Origin: Candidatus Binatia bacterium
Lineage (GTDB): Bacteria; Desulfobacterota; Binatia; UBA9968; CAXXLF01
DNA: 64,000 bases
Assembly (NCBI GenBank): GCA_963664015.2
Contig: CAXXLF010000002.1
Span: forward strand, 1,504,001 to 1,568,000
Reading direction: 5' to 3'
The notes under the pieces were generated by a model. That model did no database searches. It worked only from the letters and a program-made list of their open reading frames with translations, and was not told the origin of the DNA. Below, one piece after another: positions 20,969 through 30,364 of the stretch. Positions within the stretch are counted from its first letter, which is position 1, and the number at the start of each line of letters is the position of its first letter. The position numbers were made by a program, and so were the translations under genes.

Positions 20969-22306
20969 TCATTTGACTCCAAGCGACTGGTCTGCCTGGC
21001 GGACAAGCTTTTTCGCCGTAGTCTCCGGTGCGAGCTCCACGGTCTGCTGCATACCCCGGCCGTGCTCGATGATCAGCCTTCGGAACTCAACCATGAAAGA
21101 GTCCGTGGAAGATAGGAACTCGGGGTGTTGGTACTGAACGGAGCGCATGGCATCGTAGTCCTGGTCCGAAAAATTGAAGTGGATCTCCCAGTTGTGCAAT
21201 GGCCAGAGAATTCGCTCACGGATCTTGGCCCAAACGCTTGAAGGACGAGAAGAGCGTAGGTAGACAACTCGGGTGAGGTTCTCATCCACGGGGATGCACC
21301 AGCGGGTGTACATATGATTCCAATGATTATTCCGCACCATGGCGGGCAGTCGTTGCCCTTCCCATTCCTGCGGGGCCTCAAAACGTGGCTCGCGCTTTCT
21401 CATACGCTTGGCTAGGAACTCAAAATACCAGCTCCACAACAGGCGCCAGCGGCTCCGCGGCCAATAGGCACCGACTCGAGGGTAGTATAGCTGGAAGGGC
21501 ATCTTACCGTCCTTGGCATAATAATTTTCCGTGCCCCAGATCATCTGTGCGACTTTATTATTTATGATCTTGGCACGATACCCAATGGGAGTCCTCGGTC
21601 TGCCGCCCGTACTTCGTTTCGAAACGCGAAATGAATTCCGGTGGACGAAAAAACAGTTATGGGCATCGTGGGTATTTTCCACCGCGATTATCCAGTTAAC
21701 CTGCCAGTATCGCCACGCCCTCTGCACCAATGTATTCGCCTCGAAGAATTCGGGCGGCACATCTTCCTCAATGGGTACGGGTTTTTCTTCCCCCATCCAG
21801 ACGAATACGATGCCTTTTAGGGTCTGGGTTGGGTACTTGCGCACCTTGAGACGGCCAACCATCCTGGAGTCCGGCCCTTCAGTGATAAACTCAACACACC
21901 TGCCATTCCCATCGAAAGTAGCACCGTGATAAGGGCAGCTTAGGTAGCCCTTCCAGAAGCATTTTCCCCAGGAAAGATTTACGCCACGATGAGGACAGGT
22001 GTCCCAGAGTGCCTGCACCTCCCCGTTGGTGTCTTTAAAAAAAGCCAGGTCGGTCCCAAGCAAACGAAGGGCTACTGGTTTTTTCCAACCCAAGCCCTTG
22101 GCCGGTAAGGCCGGATACCAATATTCCCGAAGTCCTAACGGTGGGATAAAACTACGCACATCATCCCGGGAGGTTGGTTGGACAAAGGGCGGGGTTCGTC
22201 CCCAACGCATTCCGTCCGTGCCTCGAGCGTACTTCTTCCAGCCACCCGGATAGCCCGCCCGAATTTTACCAAGTCCCCTAATGACTTCTCGCAGAACTTC
22301 TTTCAT
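20969..22306 (-). CDS. Rieske non-heme iron oxygenase alpha subunit
   Basis: CPHRG...CPYHG Rieske ligands and ENTHDAH..FVH iron site. Confidence 0.88.
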   Translation of the reverse strand: MKEVLREVIRGLGKIRAGYPGGWKKYARGTDGMRWGRTPPFVQPTSRDDVRSFIPPLGLREYWYPALPAKGLGWKKPVALRLLGTDLAFFKDTNGEVQALWDTCPHRGVNLSWGKCFWKGYLSCPYHGATFDGNGRCVEFITEGPDSRMVGRLKVRKYPTQTLKGIVFVWMGEEKPVPIEEDVPPEFFEANTLVQRAWRYWQVNWIIAVENTHDAHNCFFVHRNSFRVSKRSTGGRPRTPIGYRAKIINNKVAQMIWGTENYYAKDGKMPFQLYYPRVGAYWPRSRWRLLWSWYFEFLAKRMRKREPRFEAPQEWEGQRLPAMVRNNHWNHMYTRWCIPVDENLTRVVYLRSSRPSSVWAKIRERILWPLHNWEIHFNFSDQDYDAMRSVQYQHPEFLSSTDSFMVEFRRLIIEHGRGMQQTVELAPETTAKKLVRQADQSLGVK

Positions 22307-22350
22307 GGTTTTCTCTCAGTTACCTTTTTTCGCCAAGGGTGCGCCCCGCT

Positions 22351-23439
22351 CTATGGTAACAATCCGCCTCCCGCCCTGGGAGGGAACAGAGCAGCACACT
22401 TGCACGAGTTCATCAGGTAGCTTTCAATAAACTGGCACCACTCGGGAGTCTGCCCTAGCTGGTGCATCGCTCCTATCATGGGGACCCAGTTGAGAAGTTC
22501 GTGTTGCCCTGCCTCGTCCATCTCTTCTCGCGGGAGATCCCGCCACGCTGCAAAATTGCCCGTTTTGAGTTCCTCAAATCTCCGGCGGTCAGACGGTACA
22601 TCGGGATATAACCAGTGGTTCTTTTCAGTAAGAAATGCGTGAGACCAACTGGAGGATCCGATAAGGGCAATACGCCAGGGGCTGGCCTTGAATGCCCGGG
22701 CGATGGCCTCACCAAGTTCGAAGCAGCGACGAGGCGAAGGCGCAGGGGGATCCAGGTCCTGTTCGTCTGGGCCATATAAGTGCCCCGTTCCACCTTTGCT
22801 GCGTATGATACTGGAGCCATAGGCGTTAACATGGAACGGGATGATTGGATAATCCCATCCCTTTCGATCATAGTCCAGATAGAGAACGGCGCGAATGAAG
22901 GCATGCCCGAGCCCTTGGGGGTAGCGGGGTCGATAGGCATAAGAAACATCAAAGTTGTTCTGGAGTAGCTCCCTCGTTAGATACTTGGCTACACGGTCCT
23001 GGCCCTTGGTTAGGATGACTTTATCAGGGGGCTCATTCCAGACGTTGGGTTGGGGTTCAGCCCGGCCGCGGCCCTTCAAGAAGGGTTGGCTTTTGAACTC
23101 CTGAGAGATGAAAACACAAAATGACGGGATCACATCCTCAAGAAAGTTCTCGTACTGGTCATCGCCGAAGATAACCACGGCATCAGGTTTGAAGTCGTCG
23201 AGCGCCGCGCGTAGCCGACGGACCCCGGAGACGAACTCTTCCCGGTGCTTCTTCGCAAAGGTGAGTCCTCCGTCCTGGCCCCACTCCGCCTGCATCGGCT
23301 CAGGCCAATTTCGTACTTCCTTCAGCTCAGCGGGAATCTTGTTGCTCTTCATGGTCTGAGCCACACGCATAGCCATATCACTATCCGGGTACATAAACCC
23401 GGGATAATGGCTCAGGCCCAGTCCTAAGATTTCAGCCAT
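22351..23439 (-). CDS. LigB-like extradiol ring-cleavage dioxygenase
   Basis: GLSHYP, FGDDQYENF, LGHAF, SSSWSHAF and QHELLNW motifs. Confidence 0.85.
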   Translation of the reverse strand: MAEILGLGLSHYPGFMYPDSDMAMRVAQTMKSNKIPAELKEVRNWPEPMQAEWGQDGGLTFAKKHREEFVSGVRRLRAALDDFKPDAVVIFGDDQYENFLEDVIPSFCVFISQEFKSQPFLKGRGRAEPQPNVWNEPPDKVILTKGQDRVAKYLTRELLQNNFDVSYAYRPRYPQGLGHAFIRAVLYLDYDRKGWDYPIIPFHVNAYGSSIIRSKGGTGHLYGPDEQDLDPPAPSPRRCFELGEAIARAFKASPWRIALIGSSSWSHAFLTEKNHWLYPDVPSDRRRFEELKTGNFAAWRDLPREEMDEAGQHELLNWVPMIGAMHQLGQTPEWCQFIESYLMNSCKCAALFPPRAGGGLLP

Positions 23440-23731
23440 ATCCCCGTCGCCGCTCCTTCCGCACCCCTGACATTTGATATAATATAGGGTCTAAATGCAG
23501 ATAATCTCAAAACCTGACGAAACCTATCAATAGGATATGAGGCCTGTCCATACAGGGACAACGGACTACGGAGAGACAGAGACAGAGTAAGAGAGGGAAA
23601 AGACAGTATGCAGTAGGCAGCAAGTCAGTACTGAGTGAGGAGTGCTGAGGAGAGTTAGCACTCAGCGAGCAGCAATATCTCACTCCAGCGACTCGTGACC
23701 TATTCGCTTGATGCCCTCACCTGTTGGTCAC

Positions 23732-24865
23732 TTATTTTTTCTTTCTCTTTTCCGCATCTCTTACACCAGCGATGAACGCTTTGAGCGCAGGGCGCATGGA
23801 GATCCGTTGCCAGTTTTCAGTATTGATATACCTGACACCCTTCTGAGGCAGCCGTGAAGGCATAATTTTATCTTTCGGGATGTCGATTCGACGCGAGTTT
23901 GTGGAGCCGCCTCCTACCGATTGCAGCGCTATCTGCCCCTCGCGGGAGAGGAACCAGTTAATGAAGACCTTCGCCGCGTTAGGGTGACGCGGCCTATTAA
24001 CAATACTTATAGCGCCCCCACTTACAATCAACCCTGCCCCTTCTTTCATCAATCCAAAACCTTCTACCGGAAGCCCCTGAGTCTTGCCTGTTTGTATGCG
24101 AGTGTGGTTACAGAAAATGCAAATAGGGTATTTGCCAGTAGCAAGCCAATCGATTCCTTGCCGTTGATTCCGAAAAAGGGTGATATCCATTTCGCCGAAG
24201 AGACGCCGGATGAATTTAGGGCCCAATTCAGGAATGGCATTGAACATTCTCATGGTAACGCTGCCTGGGCCTGGGGTTCGGACATCTCGCGCGGACATTT
24301 TCCCTTTCCATTCGGGCCGGAGAAAGTCCCAGAAGGATTTAAAATCCTTAGGATTGATTTGTTTGGTGTTATAGAAAAAAGCCCCCAGATCGACGTTTCC
24401 AACCGCAGCAAAGATGTATTTTTGTTCTTTGTCTACGTAGTAGTGTTTTCCCTGAAGCCACTTTGATTTATCAGTGACCTCGGGCAAGATAAACGTATCA
24501 CTAATTGGGTCCAGGACCTTGGCTTGATGGAGTCGCCAAATACTGCTGGGACCGGTAAACGCGACATCCGCGAGGTATTTATGGACTCTTCGCTCGGTAA
24601 GGATACGGTGGAGCGGATTTCCAAGCGCGACAAGGAGTTTGATCTCTGGGAACTTTTTCTGAAAAGCCCCCGACTCTAGAAGCAGGTTGTTCTGCCTGGA
24701 TGAGGTGTAGATCGTAACCTGCCCCTCTTTTTTTGCTGCTTCCACTGTTTTCTTCCAGTCGGCCTCCCAGGAAGCCTGCGCCTTTTCGGCTCCAGTGAAA
24801 GCATACGCGGCAATGAGACAGAGCCACAACAACAATCCCGGAAATTTTCGAACAATAGTATTCAT
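23732..24865 (-). CDS. ABC substrate-binding protein, 377 aa paralog 3
   Basis: Collinear with paralogs 1 and 2. Confidence 0.9.
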   Translation of the reverse strand: MNTIVRKFPGLLLWLCLIAAYAFTGAEKAQASWEADWKKTVEAAKKEGQVTIYTSSRQNNLLLESGAFQKKFPEIKLLVALGNPLHRILTERRVHKYLADVAFTGPSSIWRLHQAKVLDPISDTFILPEVTDKSKWLQGKHYYVDKEQKYIFAAVGNVDLGAFFYNTKQINPKDFKSFWDFLRPEWKGKMSARDVRTPGPGSVTMRMFNAIPELGPKFIRRLFGEMDITLFRNQRQGIDWLATGKYPICIFCNHTRIQTGKTQGLPVEGFGLMKEGAGLIVSGGAISIVNRPRHPNAAKVFINWFLSREGQIALQSVGGGSTNSRRIDIPKDKIMPSRLPQKGVRYINTENWQRISMRPALKAFIAGVRDAEKRKKK

Positions 24866-25097
24866 GACTTACCTCCTATTCAAGGTTGCCTTTTTTACCA
24901 CCTTATTCGAGATCAAGTCAAGGTCGCGGGTTAGGTCTTGCAACACGGGAATTTGCCAGGGGTAGCCATTCTTTATACACTGCTCGGCTTTTTAATAATC
25001 CTACCGTCTGAGGTGGACACCCCATGTTCACGAGAGGCGATGATTGTGTCATGGATGGCCTCGCACGCATCACTATGGTTGCCAGGAAGGAGCCGGA

Positions 25098-26164
25098 ATG
25101 CGCGACGGGTTTAAGATTTTTGATTCGGACACGCACCTCAGTCCAAACGCCGAAACCCTGGCCCCCTACTTTGATGCCGCCATTCGCAAGCGGCTACCCG
25201 AGTGGGAGAGCTGCAAGGTTCCCTTTCGCGTCGGCTGGGCCGGCGAGATCCTCGAACCGCCTTACCGCCACCGCTACCAGTTCAAGAAAAGGGCCGGCTG
25301 GCGTGAGCGCCTGCGTATTTTAGGGGAAGCCGGTCCCAGGGAGCCAATCGAGCATCATTTCCCAACATTCATGGGAAGCCGCTTTTTGACGCCCGGCTCG
25401 GCTGATGACGACGTCGAGGTGGAGATCGGTTTTATCCGGGCCAACCATCGCTTTTCCAACGACTTCTGCAGCAAGCACCCGCACCGCCTGAAGTCTCTCC
25501 TTGTGGTGAGCAGCAGAGGCATCGGTGCAAGAAATCAAGGCATGGTCCCGTGCGCCATGGGTCGCCGGGATCCATCCCAACTTGGCTGAAGGCGTTCCCA
25601 TCGACCATCCGGACCTGAAGCCGATCTGGGCCGCCGCCAAGGACGCTGGGCTCTGTGTGGCGCATCACAGCGTCACTACCGGCTATCCCGGGTACCCGAT
25701 CTGTGGGACAACCCGTTCATCGGCCGGACCGCCTCGCACCCGTGGGGCGCCATGAGAGCAGTGACGGCATTTTTCGGCGCTGGGATTATGGAGCGCTATC
25801 CTAATATTGGATACTGCATTCTCGAGTCCGGCTTTGCCTGGCTCCCGTTCTTGGCGGCACGCATGGATGATCAATCCGTCTACATGCCTTACGCTCTGCA
25901 AGACAATCTGGCGCGCAAGCCCAGCGAATACATGACCGGCGGACGATTCTTCGCCAGCCTCGTGATCCACGAAGGCGAGAAGATGGCCGAATGGTCAGCG
26001 ACTTCCTTGGCGATGGCGTCTTGATGTATTCGTCCGACTACCCCCATGCGGAATCCCGGTTTCCCGAGTCCACAAACAAGGTGCTGGCGTGGCAATCTCT
26101 GGGCGGCGAGGTCATGGGAAAAATGATGTGGGACAACGCGACGAGATGCTTCGGAGAGCCATAG
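25098..26164 (+). pseudogene. Amidohydrolase_2 family protein with deletion and several frameshifts
   Basis: MRDGFKIFDSDTH, ILESGFAWLP and SSDYPHAES motifs lie in different frames. Confidence 0.8.
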
Positions 26165-26540
26165 AGGGGAAAGTAAAAAGGTCAGACTCATTAGCAAATA
26201 TTTATCAATTGGTAGGAATTGGATCCCGAGCATTCGTTCCTTGGCAATCCGCTCCGCATTCTCATATACGCCGTGCTTACTGATGCGGGGATCTTGTCCC
26301 CTTATTCAGTGTCCGTCAAACCCGAACAACCCCAGTTGCCTGTCAAACCATAGGCTCCGAAATTAGCCTACTGGAGCAGCTATGCTTCTTGTGATATCAA
26401 TGCCTTATTGGCCACCGGGGGTTTCGCCGGGCCTTATTCTAAGCCCAAAATCACTTTTTTTAACGCCTGTGAACTTTTCGTGAGGCTCTGGTGGTTTGTA
26501 GGGGAAAGGCAAACAACTTAGCCGGAAAGGAGAAAACAAA

Positions 26541-26690
26541 ATGAAAAGTATCTACACACTAGTCAGAATGGCGGTTTTGGGAACAATCCTGATGCTCAGT
26601 GCCGGAGCTGCAACAGCTATGGAAGTCGTTGAAGACGCTGGTGAAGAGAGAATCAATGATTCGTTGTACGAGGAAATTTATCATATTTAG
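26541..26690 (+). CDS. 49 aa small secreted acidic peptide (not in ORF track)
   Basis: AAGGAG RBS. Sequence MKSIYTLVRMAVLGTILMLSAGAATA-MEVVEDAGEERINDSLYEEIYHI, with a hairpin downstream. Confidence 0.7.
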   Translation: MKSIYTLVRMAVLGTILMLSAGAATAMEVVEDAGEERINDSLYEEIYHI

Positions 26691-26708
26691 TTTTTACTAA
26701 CCGGCCAA

Positions 26709-26733
26709 GGGGAGGGGCAACACCCCCCTCCCC
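26709..26733 (+). terminator. Hairpin after small peptide gene
   Basis: GGGGAGGGG-caacacc-CCCCTCCCC, without a U-tract. Confidence 0.5.
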
Positions 26734-26913
26734 GATAAGAACATAAGACCGATTGCTAATTCTCAGAGACTTAAAGTCTTTCCACTAGTTCCAGATTTCC
26801 TGTCACGTTCAATTATTCCTAAAAACGAAAGAATAAGGAGTCAAGACTGCCCTTGGCTTAATGCCGCAACGTCCCACCCCTGGCTTAGATTATACTTGGC
26901 TCAAAGCATGCCA

Positions 26914-26942
26914 TTGACACAGCCAGATTGGTGGAATATCAT
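26914..26942 (+). promoter_or_regulatory. Sigma70-type promoter
   Basis: TTGACA-17-TATCAT upstream of 27019. Confidence 0.65.
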
Positions 26943-27018
26943 CCAGTACACTGGAAGACAACACCCTTCGACAAGTTAACAAATTCCACCAATTACGAAC
27001 GCACCAAAGGAGGAACCT

Positions 27019-28260
27019 ATGGCGTCCAAATATATGATTCCACGTATGCCGGAAGTTAAAGAGCCGACATCGGCAAAAGAGATATTGCCGGCGCTGAAGT
27101 CGGTTGTAACCCGAAAGTCCCAGCGTGGCCTTTATGAGGGGCTCGGTCTCAAGCCGGGCGAGCGAGTATTTATGATCTCGGACAGCACCATCAATCCGAT
27201 TTTACCGGAGGCATTCGAACAGGCCATCCGGGATAGCGGCGGCCACTGCGACACGGTCAATCTCGAAGGCTATCCGGTCATGGACGACCCCCTAGAGCTG
27301 GTCGATGGGCCAAACACCACAAACTGGTACCCCGATTGGGTCTGGGAGGGCGCTAAACAATCAGACATTATACTTTGCCTGGCCTTCTTCAAGTTCCCGC
27401 ATACTCCCGCCCTTCCCTTCGGGCGAGAGGCACGCAAGGCTGGCACGGCCATCAAGGCTCGGGGAGTGCAGTGGGAGCTTCCTCCGGACATGCTGCTCAA
27501 TTCCTCGCTCACCTACCCGCTCGACGTCTGGGATGCCATTGATGACAAGACGTTTGACATGATTCGGGGTGCGCGCCGGATCGAGATCACCGAAGAGGAC
27601 GGCACCAACCTTACCTTTGACCTGACTGCCGAGGACTGGGCCAAGCTGGAAATGGAAGACAAGGAAAAGAGCGGCGGACGGCCCTACACACCCGGCCACC
27701 TATTTGTTCCGTTCCCGATGGGATTGAAACTCGATGGCGAGATCGCGCTGCGGAGCCTTACCTTTGGAGGCCCCTTGCCTTTGACTCGCCTCACGGTCGA
27801 GGGGCGCAGGGTGACCAAGATCGAAGGGGGAGGCACATTCGCCGATACGCTCCGGCGTTCCTTCGAGGAGTTCAAGGATAAGACTTATCCGGGTCTGCCC
27901 GGCCCGGGATCCAATTGGATCAGCACGTTCGCCATGTGCACCAACCCCAAGTTCCGTCGCTCGCCGTCATACGAGAGCACCCGAGGTTCGGCTCGAGTCC
28001 ACTCATGGTGCCTGGGGCACCGGCGCTCCGGATTCCTGCACGCCAGTATAGGATCAGGACTATCTTCTCCAAACCACAAGGTCATCCGCCACTTCGACAT
28101 GATGTTCCCCACAGTCGTCGCCGATGGCCGTGTAGTGATCGAAGACGGCCACCTGATGGCGCTCGACGACCCCAAAGTGCAAAGTATCGCCGAGCGGTAT
28201 GGAGATCCAGCAACTCTCCTGCGAGAGGACTGGATACCGGATAGGAACACAGCGATCTAG
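27019..28260 (+). CDS. Hypothetical protein, distant M29 aminopeptidase/NicX-like fold
   Basis: Strong RBS. LGLKPGERV..I.D, DGTNLTFDL, TVEGRRVTKIEGG, LHASIG and RHFD...TVVADG..VIEDG motifs. Confidence 0.55.
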   Translation: MASKYMIPRMPEVKEPTSAKEILPALKSVVTRKSQRGLYEGLGLKPGERVFMISDSTINPILPEAFEQAIRDSGGHCDTVNLEGYPVMDDPLELVDGPNTTNWYPDWVWEGAKQSDIILCLAFFKFPHTPALPFGREARKAGTAIKARGVQWELPPDMLLNSSLTYPLDVWDAIDDKTFDMIRGARRIEITEEDGTNLTFDLTAEDWAKLEMEDKEKSGGRPYTPGHLFVPFPMGLKLDGEIALRSLTFGGPLPLTRLTVEGRRVTKIEGGGTFADTLRRSFEEFKDKTYPGLPGPGSNWISTFAMCTNPKFRRSPSYESTRGSARVHSWCLGHRRSGFLHASIGSGLSSPNHKVIRHFDMMFPTVVADGRVVIEDGHLMALDDPKVQSIAERYGDPATLLREDWIPDRNTAI

Positions 28261-28288
28261 TTCCTCTACTTTCGGGGAAATGATAAAT

Positions 28289-28324
28289 GGAAGAGAGGTT
28301 CGTCGGAAGGCGAACCTCTCTTCC
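28289..28324 (+). terminator. 14 bp stem hairpin after CDS
   Basis: GGAAGAGAGGTTCG ... CGAACCTCTCTTCC. Confidence 0.7.
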
Positions 28325-28481
28325 GCTATTAGGGCTCGAAAACGATATGTGAATATGGCCAGGTCTTTGGTTTCATGTTTTCGACCTGATCAAATCATCA
28401 AAGGCTAAGTAGGTATCAGCCCATTAGGATTTTGGACACCATACTTTGCTCTGGAATTTCACTGGCATCCCTTACCCCCCT

Positions 28482-28521
28482 CCCCCAATTGACAACCCAT
28501 CCCATCGGACATAAGATGCCC
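28482..28521 (+). promoter_or_regulatory. Recurring promoter module, copy A
   Basis: CCCCAA-TTGACA-17-TAAGAT-GCC. Confidence 0.7.
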
Positions 28522-28960
28522 CCGATAAAGGGATAGGGGTATTGAACAGTCGAGTAAGTACCCCAGTAGAAATCAAGCACCGGGACGAGACAATAGACTG
28601 GCGGTGCCTGGATAATTGCCGCGAAGGAATGTACATGTTAGGCTTATTCCGTACTGGAGGCCGTGTTAGCATGAGAGCAGAATCAAAGTAAAAAAACAAC
28701 TTCTGCCTAGGGTCAGACGACAGCAATCTTGCATGGGTTAGAGGGTAAGGCGTAGTTAGTTATAAGCCGTCGGCTATCAGTTTTCAGCGAATTTCTAGGG
28801 CCAGCGGACAGACAGAGATAGGGACAAGAAAGAGCGAAGGGCATAGGGCAAAGCATTCAGATAAGATCTCGGACTTCTGACAACAGGACTACGAGGAAGA
28901 AAACAGCAAAAACAGCTCCCGACGTCCTTGTAGACTTTCACCATTCTCCCCCACTTCCCT

Positions 28961-29010
28961 CCCGTAATTGACAAGCCACCTCACCGGGCATATGATGCCT
29001 GCCGATCAAG
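28961..29010 (+). promoter_or_regulatory. Recurring promoter module, copy B
   Basis: TAA-TTGACA-17-TATGAT-GCCTGCCGATCA. Confidence 0.75.
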
Positions 29011-29074
29011 AGTTTAGCTAGGGGAACAGGGTCATCAAACCGGGCGGTCGTACGCCCGATGGAGGTTAAACCAC

Positions 29075-29910
29075 ATGGCCAAAATTACTCTGGGTATTGG
29101 CTCATCTCATGCGCCGCAGCTCGCGATGCCTCCCGAGAACTGGCGAGAATACGGTGATTGGGCGCGGACTCAGCCGGAACACTGGTTCGAAGGGAAAACG
29201 TACTCCTTCCCGGAACTTGTCGAGGCCCGCGCGAAAGACCACTTCGAAAAGGAATGCACTGAAGAGAAGTTCCGGGCCCGCTTCGAATCTTGTCAGAAGG
29301 GGATCGCCCATCTCCGTGAAACCCTGGGTCGCATCGCCCCCGACGCCTGCGTCATTTTCGGTGACGACCAGAAAGAGGTCTTTGGCGACGACAACATGCC
29401 GCCCATCGCTATTTACCACGGCGCAACCGTCGACGACGCACCCAATGGACGCCGGGGGGGGGGTATAGCGGGGGCGGCCTGCTGTCCGTGACCCGATCAT
29501 CGATAACGCTCCGCCGGACCGCCTCAGCCATCCGGCAGAGGCCGGGTTGGGACAACACCTCATCGAGGCGCTGACCGCCAACGACTTGGATGTGACACGC
29601 ACCAATGCTCTCGGGGGACGCCTCGATGCCGGGATCGGACACGCCTTCTACTACATCTATCGCAGGTTAATGAACAACAAAACGATCCCCCACGTGCCGG
29701 TAATGGCGAACACCTACTATCCACCGAATGTGCCGATCGCTACGCGGTGCTATCGGTTAGGCCAGGCAGTGCGCCAGGTGATCGAGGAGGAGCTTGACTC
29801 GCGTATCCTGGAGAGCGTGCAGAACGACGATATGGCAAAGCTCACTGACTACCCCGACGTCCGGTTCCGTGCCGGCACTTCTGAGATCAAGAATTGGGTC
29901 ACCCTGGCGG
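29075..29910 (+). pseudogene. LigB-like dioxygenase with frameshift, internal deletion and 3' truncation
   Basis: GSSHAPQL, FGDDQKEVF, IGHAF, NTYYPPN and GTSEIKNW motifs; the SGGLSH segment is missing. Confidence 0.8.
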
Positions 29911-30201
29911 GTACCCCCGTTGTTGATGACCACGTCGATGGTGCCGAACTTCTCCATCGCCTCCTCGTACATCTCGTTCACCTGGGATTGGAGCGTGATG
30001 TCTATGACCCCTATCAGTACGTTAGGGTTGCCTTTCAGCTCCTCGCGGAAATCGGAATCGTCGTTCGACACGCCCGTAGGCACCCACGACAGGTCCGTCG
30101 CGACGACCCTCGCCCCCCTCCTTGAGGAATACGCGGACCATCTCGCGGCCCATACCCCGGGCTTCCCCGGTTACTAAGACGACTTTATTTTCAACAGACA
30201 T
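29905..30201 (-). pseudogene. SDR oxidoreductase 5' fragment
   Basis: MSVENKVVLVTGEARGMGRE...KFGTIDVVINNG, which then abuts the LigB relic. Confidence 0.75.
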
Positions 30202-30364
30202 GGTCTCCCCCTCTCGGTGAGAATCGAAACGAGTTTTTCATTGCAACCCGATTTCGGCCCAGACAGTATCCGAGATGGAGCATTTATGTCACGACTCGGG
30301 ATTGGGCAAGTCGGAAAAGTAAAAAGGCAAAAAAGAGGTAGGGAAAGAGAACAGATATCAGCGG

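Noticed and set aside
14815-24865. Diversity-generating retroelement acting on the SBP paralogs
   Set aside because: No reverse transcriptase; the differences come in blocks and are not adenine-specific.
26500-26535. c-di-GMP-I riboswitch suggested by GGCAAAC
   Set aside because: The second stem and the GCAAAGC element are absent.
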